Source of the DNA: Perna viridis
Lineage: Eukaryota
Length of the DNA stretch: 64,000 bases
NCBI GenBank assembly: GCA_037379345.1
Contig: CM074512.1
Span: 45,508,001 to 45,572,000, forward strand
Direction: 5' to 3'
Part shown: positions 60,701 to 64,000 of the stretch, in pieces
Layout: every line of letters starts with the position of its first letter
Numbering within the stretch: position 1 is the first letter of the stretch
Program-made: the position numbers and the translations under genes
The notes under the pieces: generated by a model
The model's database searches: none
The model's input: only the letters and a program-made list of their open reading frames with translations
Told to the model about the DNA's origin: nothing

Positions 60701-63470
60701 TTACAGGAACAAGAGATGGAAAAACAGCAGCTTCTGTTTGAACAGTCCCGATTGGCTGATCGTGGTGCAGCTGAAATGGTTCTTCTTTACATTAGTGCAT
60801 GTAGAGGTAAGTCAGATTTCATGGCAATATGTAGCTCAATCTTTACATGAACAAACACATTTTTAAGAAAAACTACTGACATGTGGCTAGTTTGCTACTT
60901 TGAGTACTTGAAAGTATAGGAAAAATAGTTCAAATTGCAGAATATGATTATGCTGTACATATTTCTTCTTTTACTCAAGTATAACAAAAAATAGGATAAC
61001 ATTGTGGAGGTAGACCAAGGGTAAGGGACATAAATCATTGGAACATTTGTATTCAGCATTTTACATCAATCTCATGCAAGCATCGAAGTAACTTGGACTG
61101 ATTTCATTCTGTTTCAATTGAATGCTTGATAGACTCTGGTGAAATTGAATATGACGCAAACATATCACTGATTTCAAGAGTTGTGTCCCTTACTTGAGGT
61201 CTACCTCCTTAAGTGCTTATAATGCTGCACAGGAATGATTGGTGCTAAACAATTTTTAAATAGCCATAAATTCACAAATAGCTTAGTAAATGATTTTTAA
61301 ATATTACAGGTGTACAGAGTCAGATGGTACAGGATACTGTTGAACTTGGTATCTCCTTGTTAAGGGGAGGTAATACTGAAGTCCAAAAGGTAAGTAGCTA
61401 CTAATCATTGATTCTATTCGCTCATGGCACATTGAAGGATGAAGTTGTAAGACATATTATTATTTTTTCAAATTTTGAATGTATTTTTCTTTCACTAGTG
61501 AGCATTAACATCTGTGGTATTGTAATAGTGGAACAAAAAGCTTAAAACTTTAAATTAGTATTGTAATTTGATATTTATTGATTGAAAAGTTAAAGTTCAA
61601 TGTCTCTACATATGAGACTGCGTTTTACTTGGTATGCCTAAAATTTTCATACATTTTCTTTTTCTTTTTTTCTTCTTTAGAACATGTTGAAACACCTGAA
61701 AGACAAGAAAGATGTAGGATTTTTCACATCTCTTTCTGGACTCATGCAGTCTTGCAGGTAAACTGTTAGCTGAAGTGACAACTCAATTGATATAATTAGT
61801 GTTGTTTGTCTTTTAACTGATGCATGTATTGATATCAAAATTGTTCTGTAATTGAGTTTGCTTTTTATTAAGTGAATAAATAGTAAAGGCTAATCCTTTA
61901 CACTACAAAAGTTTGACTTTTTACTTGCTTCATCAATGGTGAAAGCTGGTCTTTTAGACACCTAACTGTATCTGTTCTCCGTCGCACATAAATGGTACCT
62001 ACTTCGTATGATTTTACCTTTTGGCAAATCAAGAAAATCAGTTGCCACATATATAAGTTTTATAACAATAATTGTTTTTGCTATTTATCAGTAAGAAATT
62101 CTAATAATTACAGTGTACTTGATCTTGATGCCTTTGAGAGGACAAACAAAGCTGAAGGCCTTGGAATGAGCTCTGATGCTAATGCAGGGGAGACAAATCT
62201 TTATGATGCTGACATTACCTGTAAACTGTTCAGATTCTTACAACTACTCTGTGAAGGTCACAATGCAGGTAAATTGAAAGCTAACATGGAGTGGATTTAA
62301 ATATTGTCAAACTACAGTACCTCAAAGCTTTACACTAGAAATTTCATTCTTCGAATAACATAAGTTTCAAAGATTCATTAATTATTTGAATATTTACTGG
62401 ACAGATTGTAATAAGTTTTTTTTCAAATATTTTTATGGAACTGTTGTTCATAAATATGGAAAATAACATACTTGTAACTTTGATATTGTACAACTTTCAT
62501 AGATCTGAATATCATGTGGTGATTGTTTTAGAAGTGTTTTTTTCTAGTACTACCATTGTATCTAGTTTACAATCATTTCATCATCCTCTTTCAGAGTTTC
62601 AGAACTACCTGAGAACTCAGGCTGGTAACAATACAACTGTCAATGTAGTCATCTGTACTGTTGACTATTTACTGAGACTGCAGGAGTCTATCATGGACTT
62701 TTACTGGCACTATTCTGGGAAAGAGACCATAGACCAGCCTGGCAAGGAAAGTTTCTGTAGGGCCATCAAAGTGGCTAAACAGATCTTCAGAAGTCTTACT
62801 GAATATATACAGGTGGGTTTACTCTTAGGAAGTTTTTGGATGAATTATTGTAGATATCTGAATCTAATCTGTGCCAATATGATCAATATGAAAATTTTCA
62901 TGAAGATTTTGAAAAATAGAAAAGAAGAAGCAAAGTAGATGTATTGGCCGTATTTAACATAAAGTACCGTAATTATGTTACTGGAGGAATTTCTTTATAT
63001 TAAATATTCAAGATTTTGTTTGATAAATTTTACTGTTCATAATTTTTTTTTATTAATGTCCTTGTTTCTGAATTTTGTACAGATGCATTAATAATGTTCT
63101 TTTTATGTTTAGGGACCTTGTGCTTTGAATCAGTTAGCCTTGGCACACAGTAGGTTGTGGGATGCTGTTGGAGGTTTCCTGTATATCTTCGCTCACATGC
63201 AAGACAAATTATCCAAGGTATGTTTACATTTTAACATAGTAATAACCTACATAGCTAACATGATTTTAATGTATGGATAATGGTGTTCAGATAGAAAGGT
63301 GATTTGAATAGAGAAAGTGAAGAATATATTGCATTGATCTATGCCAAAATTCTAAGTTATAGTTAACTGATCCATTGTACATTTACAGGACTGTGACCAG
63401 CTGGAACTCCTGAGAGAATTCATGAAACTTCAGAAAGAAATGATGATAATGTTGTTGTCTATGTTGGAAG
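590..63470 (+). CDS. RyR: Ryanodine receptor gene, partial (74 core exons in window; 5' and 3' ends outside)
   Basis: Phase-compatible GT-AG exons translate into diagnostic RyR motifs: [148 protein letters not shown]. Confidence 0.98.
1086..1210 (+). CDS. RyR: RyR exon w2
   Basis: ALDALKTE...[16 protein letters not shown]; cag|...|gtaagt. Confidence 0.93.
1766..1830 (+). CDS. RyR: RyR exon w3
   Basis: [21 protein letters not shown]. Confidence 0.93.
2016..2253 (+). CDS. RyR: RyR exon w4 (N-terminal solenoid/RIH)
   Basis: [11 protein letters not shown]...[16 protein letters not shown]...LDWLVSRLE. Confidence 0.94.
2716..2834 (+). CDS. RyR: RyR exon w5
   Basis: [24 protein letters not shown]...GRDPK. 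Confidence 0.94.
3317..3450 (+). CDS. RyR: RyR exon w6
   Basis: [37 protein letters not shown]. Confidence 0.94.
3501..3666. repeat. Tandem repeat, ~37-42 bp unit x4
   Basis: aagtgggtagtgtaatgaaatcactt(c/a/t)atacc(c)tca repeated four times with short variable linkers. Confidence 0.9.
4197..4435 (+). CDS. RyR: RyR exon w7 (SPRY1)
   Basis: KPNIYVG...KWYFEL...[24 protein letters not shown]. Confidence 0.95.
4870..5059 (+). CDS. RyR: RyR exon w8 (SPRY1)
   Basis: [21 protein letters not shown]...[15 protein letters not shown]. Confidence 0.94.
5395..5602 (+). CDS. RyR: RyR exon w9
   Basis: [14 protein letters not shown]...YVPKPVDT. Confidence 0.94.
5865..6073 (+). CDS. RyR: RyR exon w10 (Repeat12)
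   Basis: [22 protein letters not shown]...[10 protein letters not shown]. Confidence 0.95.
6552..6638 (+). CDS. RyR: RyR exon w11
   Basis: [12 protein letters not shown]...LKTLKLPN. Confidence 0.92.
7088..7247 (+). CDS. RyR: RyR exon w12 (Repeat12)
   Basis: [12 protein letters not shown]...[21 protein letters not shown]. Confidence 0.95.
7779..7944 (+). CDS. RyR: RyR exon w13
   Basis: [21 protein letters not shown]...[12 protein letters not shown]. Confidence 0.94.
9071..9362. mobile_element. Interspersed repeat ending in a long imperfect palindrome (copy 1)
   Basis: Homologous to 39291-39577; ttctgattggat start, internal hairpin centred on cacact...agtgtg. Confidence 0.75.
9913..9997 (+). 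CDS. RyR: RyR exon w14 (start of SPRY2)
   Basis: [17 protein letters not shown]. Confidence 0.92.
10450..10570 (+). CDS. RyR: RyR exon w15 (SPRY2)
   Basis: [16 protein letters not shown]...SYGFDG. Confidence 0.94.
10953..11049 (+). CDS. RyR: RyR exon w16 (SPRY2)
   Basis: [31 protein letters not shown]. Confidence 0.93.
11337..11473 (+). CDS. RyR: RyR exon w17 (SPRY2)
   Basis: [18 protein letters not shown]...AKLNFGQ. Confidence 0.94.
11705..11769 (+). CDS. RyR: RyR exon w18
   Basis: [21 protein letters not shown]. Confidence 0.95.
12218..12322 (+). CDS. RyR: RyR exon w19
   Basis: [17 protein letters not shown]...VQRIPG. Confidence 0.93.
12504..13086 (+). mobile_element. HINE/DINE-like (Helentron-associated) non-autonomous element with ~3 internal ~160-bp repeats
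   Basis: 5' hairpin gcaacaaagttgc, gggtata, ccgtccgtcc microsatellite, then tandem units 'ggacttttttctaaacgcttgcagatatt...'; second copy at 23072-23483. Confidence 0.8.
13246..13365 (+). CDS. RyR: RyR exon w20 (SPRY3 first part)
   Basis: [12 protein letters not shown]...[11 protein letters not shown]. Confidence 0.93.
13668..13837 (+). CDS. RyR: RyR exon w21 (start of DR2 insert)
   Basis: [17 protein letters not shown]...SKMTT; phase 2 to 1, required to keep frame into the 19662 exon. Confidence 0.85.
14473..14541 (+). CDS. RyR: Candidate cassette exon in DR2 (69 nt)
   Basis: cactaatcacctag|[23 protein letters not shown]|gtatta; phase 1-1; weak donor. Confidence 0.3.
15103..15144 (+). CDS. 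RyR: Candidate cassette micro-exon in DR2 (42 nt)
   Basis: tttag|(E)[13 protein letters not shown] g|gtaagc; phase 1-1. Confidence 0.6.
16208..16333 (+). CDS. RyR: Cassette exon in DR2 (126 nt, Ser/Thr-rich)
   Basis: aacag|(E)[41 protein letters not shown] c|gtaagt; phase 1-1; GC-richer than flanks. Confidence 0.75.
17329..18258. repeat. 28-bp minisatellite, ~33 copies
   Basis: Unit tctagt(a/g)gtaatggggt(c/g)tatgtaac(a/t)g. Confidence 0.97.
18479..18950. mobile_element. Foldback/MITE-like element with long inverted arms and internal 27-bp tandem repeat
   Basis: ~18525-18655 is the reverse complement of ~18810-18935; unit cccttagccatgatggcaaaactaacc x~5 at 18690-18838. Confidence 0.75.
19338..19394 (+). 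CDS. RyR: Cassette exon in DR2 (57 nt, acidic)
   Basis: tacag|(x)[18 protein letters not shown] t|gtaagt; phase 1-1. Confidence 0.75.
19662..20466 (+). CDS. RyR: RyR exon w22 (805 nt; DR2 insert plus resumption of SPRY3)
   Basis: Low-complexity basic/Ser-rich stretch, then [22 protein letters not shown]. Confidence 0.93.
20741..21011 (+). CDS. RyR: RyR exon w23 (SPRY3)
   Basis: NCYMVSAGD...[11 protein letters not shown]...FQFELG. Confidence 0.95.
21059..21560. mobile_element. MITE containing a nested second MITE (21147-21488)
   Basis: Outer TIR aaacctgtctaaacc / ggtttagacaggt; inner TIR tagggtatgtaagtctcgt / atgagacttacaaacccta. Confidence 0.75.
21866..22052 (+). CDS. RyR: RyR exon w24
   Basis: LPLSAAVF...CPPRLDVQ...WSRVP...RGWSMLC. 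Confidence 0.94.
22351..22432 (+). CDS. RyR: RyR exon w25
   Basis: [19 protein letters not shown]. Confidence 0.93.
22896..23017 (+). CDS. RyR: RyR exon w26 (junctional solenoid)
   Basis: [20 protein letters not shown]...HVDERLL. Confidence 0.93.
23072..23483 (+). mobile_element. HINE/DINE-like element, copy with ~2 internal repeats
   Basis: Same head, repeat units and 3' tail as 12504-13086. Confidence 0.8.
23932..24007 (+). CDS. RyR: RyR exon w27
   Basis: [22 protein letters not shown]. Confidence 0.93.
24461..24637 (+). CDS. RyR: RyR exon w28
   Basis: [10 protein letters not shown]...SVSIRPQL. Confidence 0.92.
25100..25249 (+). CDS. RyR: RyR exon w29
   Basis: [14 protein letters not shown]...[12 protein letters not shown]. 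Confidence 0.93.
25569..25684 (+). CDS. RyR: RyR exon w30
   Basis: [13 protein letters not shown]...LINPQAFD. Confidence 0.92.
26043..26095 (+). CDS. RyR: RyR exon w31
   Basis: [17 protein letters not shown]. Confidence 0.9.
26618..26716 (+). CDS. RyR: RyR exon w32
   Basis: [27 protein letters not shown]. Confidence 0.94.
27130..27228 (+). CDS. RyR: RyR exon w33
   Basis: [11 protein letters not shown]...[15 protein letters not shown]. Confidence 0.94.
27284..27449. mobile_element. MITE with CAGGGGCGGATCC termini and 5-bp TSD (ggtaa)
   Basis: caggggcggatcc...ggatctgcatttg flanked by ggtaa on both sides. Confidence 0.7.
27799..28075 (+). CDS. RyR: RyR exon w34
   Basis: MRNLLIFK...[22 protein letters not shown]... 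Confidence 0.92.
28262..28386 (+). CDS. RyR: RyR exon w35
   Basis: [13 protein letters not shown]...[18 protein letters not shown]. Confidence 0.94.
28567..28770 (+). mobile_element. Truncated HINE/Helentron-like 5' fragment
   Basis: ttttagctcacctggccataggccatgttagct hairpin head followed by degenerate (gtc/tgt) microsatellite and ...ctgaaaccactggaccaat. Confidence 0.7.
28825..28973 (+). CDS. RyR: RyR exon w36
   Basis: ALDKAYVI...[20 protein letters not shown]. Confidence 0.93.
29200..29360. repeat. 53-bp tandem repeat x3
   Basis: aagcaagaagt(c/t)atttatagcagtgtgaaa(g/a)aagaatgcataattgattaaac. Confidence 0.92.
29514..29757 (+). CDS. RyR: RyR exon w37 (bridging solenoid, with Q-rich RRxS insert)
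   Basis: [28 protein letters not shown] then QQQQQ...RRSS..RRGS..RRGS. Confidence 0.94.
31513..31642 (+). CDS. RyR: RyR exon w38
   Basis: [34 protein letters not shown]. Confidence 0.96.
31914..32106. mobile_element. TTAA-flanked MITE (Kolobok-like), complete
   Basis: ttaa|agaggtagacctaggataagggacataactctt ... aagagttgtgttccttaccctaggtctgcctcc|ttaa. Confidence 0.8.
32168..32407 (+). CDS. RyR: RyR exon w39
   Basis: [29 protein letters not shown]...[21 protein letters not shown]. Confidence 0.96.
32575..32797 (+). CDS. RyR: RyR exon w40
   Basis: [30 protein letters not shown]. Confidence 0.96.
33052..33308 (+). CDS. RyR: RyR exon w41
   Basis: [23 protein letters not shown]...[10 protein letters not shown]. 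Confidence 0.95.
33385..33616 (+). mobile_element. Interspersed repeat (probable retroelement 3' fragment)
   Basis: gaggatgcttactctaccggtgcacct...ggattacattcttttga...ccttgattactct; antisense fragments at ~18407-18472 and ~42950-42996. Confidence 0.6.
33821..34011 (+). CDS. RyR: RyR exon w42
   Basis: [17 protein letters not shown]...[11 protein letters not shown]. Confidence 0.95.
34141..34396. mobile_element. MITE with taggcc...ggccta termini
   Basis: ttaggccgttcaaagttaattt / aaattcattttagttggcctaa imperfect TIRs. Confidence 0.6.
34989..35209 (+). CDS. RyR: RyR exon w43
   Basis: [17 protein letters not shown]...[16 protein letters not shown]. Confidence 0.95.
35715..35943 (+). CDS. RyR: RyR exon w44
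   Basis: [18 protein letters not shown]...[17 protein letters not shown]. Confidence 0.95.
36173..36415 (+). CDS. RyR: RyR exon w45 (into Repeat34)
   Basis: [24 protein letters not shown]...[13 protein letters not shown]. Confidence 0.95.
36702..36791 (+). CDS. RyR: RyR exon w46 (Repeat34)
   Basis: [21 protein letters not shown]. Confidence 0.92.
36848..37030. mobile_element. TTAA-type MITE, truncated copy
   Basis: ttaa|ggaagtagacctagggtaagggacacaactctt..., homologous to 31914-32106 in opposite orientation. Confidence 0.7.
37253..37387 (+). CDS. RyR: RyR exon w47 (Repeat34 phosphorylation loop)
   Basis: [16 protein letters not shown]...RRRMSK. Confidence 0.92.
37703..37768 (+). CDS. RyR: RyR exon w48
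   Basis: [20 protein letters not shown]. Confidence 0.93.
38722..38797 (+). CDS. RyR: RyR exon w49
   Basis: [18 protein letters not shown]. Confidence 0.93.
39146..39269 (+). CDS. RyR: RyR exon w50
   Basis: [18 protein letters not shown]...[10 protein letters not shown]. Confidence 0.95.
39291..39577. mobile_element. Interspersed repeat ending in a long imperfect palindrome (copy 2)
   Basis: aaggaatgact...tgtggtgcacact...agtgtgcaccaca...agtcattcctt (~140-bp hairpin); homologous to 9071-9362. Confidence 0.78.
40848..41014. repeat. 42-bp tandem repeat x4
   Basis: cattacagcgagtaatatagttatcttcagagaaa(t/a)gttatt. Confidence 0.92.
41505..41751 (+). CDS. RyR: RyR exon w51 (possible in-frame alternative acceptor at 41553)
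   Basis: ...[16 protein letters not shown]...DVKFFGK. Confidence 0.9.
41998..42116 (+). CDS. RyR: RyR exon w52
   Basis: [17 protein letters not shown]...[10 protein letters not shown]. Confidence 0.95.
42442..42631. mobile_element. TA-flanked MITE (tactgtaa...ttacagta family)
   Basis: TIR tactgtaaaccaataaaattt / aaatttcatggcttacagta; degraded relatives near 22442 and 26770. Confidence 0.6.
42762..42872 (+). CDS. RyR: RyR exon w53
   Basis: [19 protein letters not shown]...VRCLQVL...DAR. Confidence 0.94.
43331..43569 (+). CDS. RyR: RyR exon w54
   Basis: FFNNAADDL...[14 protein letters not shown]. Confidence 0.94.
44086..44167 (+). CDS. RyR: RyR exon w55
   Basis: [18 protein letters not shown]. 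Confidence 0.93.
44542..44568 (+). CDS. RyR: 27-nt micro-exon (ETILSELS)
   Basis: tacag|g gag acc ata ttg tct gaa ctt tca ag|gtaaag; phase 2-2. Confidence 0.75.
46423..46571 (+). CDS. RyR: RyR exon w56
   Basis: [23 protein letters not shown]. Confidence 0.95.
46861..47041 (+). CDS. RyR: RyR exon w57
   Basis: [29 protein letters not shown]. Confidence 0.95.
47510..47628 (+). CDS. RyR: RyR exon w58
   Basis: [15 protein letters not shown]...APWMNRIA. Confidence 0.94.
47905..48080 (+). CDS. RyR: RyR exon w59
   Basis: TQPII...KDHFLPIA...LEAEVQT. Confidence 0.92.
48200..48296 (+). repeat. Local duplicate of 44877-44975 flanked by an 11-bp direct repeat
   Basis: atatttgcctgtgtagcttatgtaaagggctta...gaatccctagcttattgtgaacaa; acaaaagccaa at 48191 and 48301. 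Confidence 0.85.
48577..48735 (+). CDS. RyR: RyR exon w60
   Basis: [25 protein letters not shown]...WSKS. Confidence 0.95.
49285..49302 (+). CDS. RyR: Candidate 18-nt micro-exon (WSSGKQ)
   Basis: tctctgcattgtttcctatag|tggtctagtggaaaacag|gtaagt; phase 0-0; consensus donor. Confidence 0.5.
49851..49892 (+). CDS. RyR: Candidate 42-nt cassette exon ([14 protein letters not shown])
   Basis: tcttgattttag|...acg|gtatag; phase 0-0. Confidence 0.35.
50957..51238 (+). CDS. RyR: RyR exon w61
   Basis: [22 protein letters not shown]...[12 protein letters not shown]. Confidence 0.95.
53688..53844. mobile_element. MITE related to 27284-27449, near-perfect 5-bp TSD
   Basis: catgggtggatccag...ctggatctgccactg; flanks ataat/acaat. 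Confidence 0.65.
54248..54304 (+). CDS. RyR: RyR exon w62
   Basis: [19 protein letters not shown]. Confidence 0.88.
54752..54886 (+). CDS. RyR: RyR exon w63
   Basis: [12 protein letters not shown]...[14 protein letters not shown]. Confidence 0.93.
55552..55596 (+). CDS. RyR: Candidate 45-nt cassette exon before the CaM-binding segment ([15 protein letters not shown])
   Basis: tttatctttag|...cacact|gtatgt; phase 0-0. Confidence 0.55.
56533..56645 (+). CDS. RyR: RyR exon w64 (calmodulin-binding segment)
   Basis: EHP...[23 protein letters not shown]; the W...F anchors of vertebrate [20 protein letters not shown] are kept. Confidence 0.95.
57004..57189. mobile_element. Solo-LTR-like element containing a tRNA-like segment
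   Basis: caat|TGTAAC...GCCACA|caat (4-bp TSD); minus-strand B-box GGTTCGATCC at 57053-57062. Confidence 0.6.
57331..57424 (+). CDS. RyR: RyR exon w65
   Basis: [20 protein letters not shown]...LIEDVT. Confidence 0.94.
57743..57913 (+). CDS. RyR: RyR exon w66
   Basis: [16 protein letters not shown]...[11 protein letters not shown]. Confidence 0.94.
58198..58275 (+). CDS. RyR: RyR exon w67 (acidic)
   Basis: [26 protein letters not shown]. Confidence 0.92.
60236..60432. mobile_element. MITE with CAGGG...CCCTG termini and 5-bp TSD (tgatg)
   Basis: tgatg|caggggttcaaatt...aatttgaaaccctg|tgatg. Confidence 0.75.
60707..60806 (+). CDS. RyR: RyR exon w68 (core solenoid)
   Basis: [26 protein letters not shown]. 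Confidence 0.95.
61006..61208. mobile_element. TTAA-type MITE, near-complete copy
   Basis: ggaggtagaccaagggtaagggaca...tgtcccttacttgaggtctacctcc|ttaa. Confidence 0.78.
61310..61389 (+). CDS. RyR: RyR exon w69
   Basis: [22 protein letters not shown]. Confidence 0.95.
61681..61757 (+). CDS. RyR: RyR exon w70
   Basis: [24 protein letters not shown]. Confidence 0.95.
62114..62268 (+). CDS. RyR: RyR exon w71 (RIH-associated; Ca2+-site Glu in LCEGHN)
   Basis: [17 protein letters not shown]...[12 protein letters not shown]. Confidence 0.96.
62595..62812 (+). CDS. RyR: RyR exon w72 (Ca2+-site Glu in LTEYIQ)
   Basis: [16 protein letters not shown]...[20 protein letters not shown]...SLTEYIQ. Confidence 0.96.
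63113..63217 (+). CDS. RyR: RyR exon w73
   Basis: [23 protein letters not shown]...MQDKLSK. Confidence 0.96.
63389..63470 (+). CDS. RyR: RyR exon w74 (last exon seen)
   Basis: [25 protein letters not shown]. Confidence 0.95.
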
Positions 63471-64000
63471 GTAGATAACTCTGATACATTTACAGTGAAA
63501 CTTCTCCAACCGGACCCTCAAAAAACCTTTCAAACAGGCCATTAACAAAAGTCCTGGCTGATATACCTTAAAACCTGTGTTTTGTCTTCAATAGACTGGC
63601 CACTCCCTAAAACCGTACATCAGCTGTCAATCAATGTGATCTATACCCAAGCCAAAATGATAAACAGGTGAAATTATTAAAATTTATTTACAGGTAGTTT
63701 ACTGAAACAGAACAAATGATTAATTACCATCAATAGCCCTTTGATCTTTAAAACACATTCTTTCAAAACTGTGAACATTATTTTGTTGGCAGTACCGTTT
63801 GCAAGATCAAACCATATACAAATGATGCAAGCTTTGAAATGTAATTAAAAGCCCAAAGTTTTGAATTGGCAATAAACATTCCTCGGCCAGCAAACTGACA
63901 ACGTATAGGATTATAGAACACATAAAAGGAGACAACTCTTTGAATGCATTGCTATTTTTTTCACAAAACTTGCCACCCCTATAAACCTACCATTTCCTCT

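Noticed and set aside
239-62938. Remaining short ORFs in the six-frame track as independent or nested genes
   Set aside because: They are RyR exon read-throughs, antisense shadows of exons, or low-complexity AT-rich intron ORFs with no recognisable domain.

Overview
AT-rich eukaryotic genomic DNA, probably from a bivalve mollusc (inferred from the repeat families and exon sequences). The whole 64 kb lies inside one + strand, intron-rich ryanodine receptor (RyR) gene. I traced 74 core GT-AG exons (590-63470) whose phases join into one continuous reading frame. It runs from the end of the N-terminal domain through SPRY1, Repeat12, SPRY2, SPRY3 (with a very large divergent-region-2 insert), the junctional and bridging solenoids, Repeat34, the calmodulin-binding segment and the core solenoid with the Ca2+-site glutamates. 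The start codon and the EF-hand/transmembrane/pore exons lie outside the window. Almost all other ORFs in the track are intronic noise or exon read-throughs. The most interesting signal is a set of frame-preserving cassette and micro-exon candidates (3-126 nt) in several of the longer introns: in DR2, in the bridging solenoid, and immediately before the calmodulin-binding helix, often near TGC/(T)GCATG motifs. The introns also carry minisatellites, Helentron-associated (HINE-like) elements, several MITE families (TTAA-, TA- and 5-bp-TSD types), a tRNA-containing solo-LTR-like element, a local templated insertion and degenerate 'echo' copies of exon ends. No prokaryotic systems, CRISPR arrays or real RNA genes were found.
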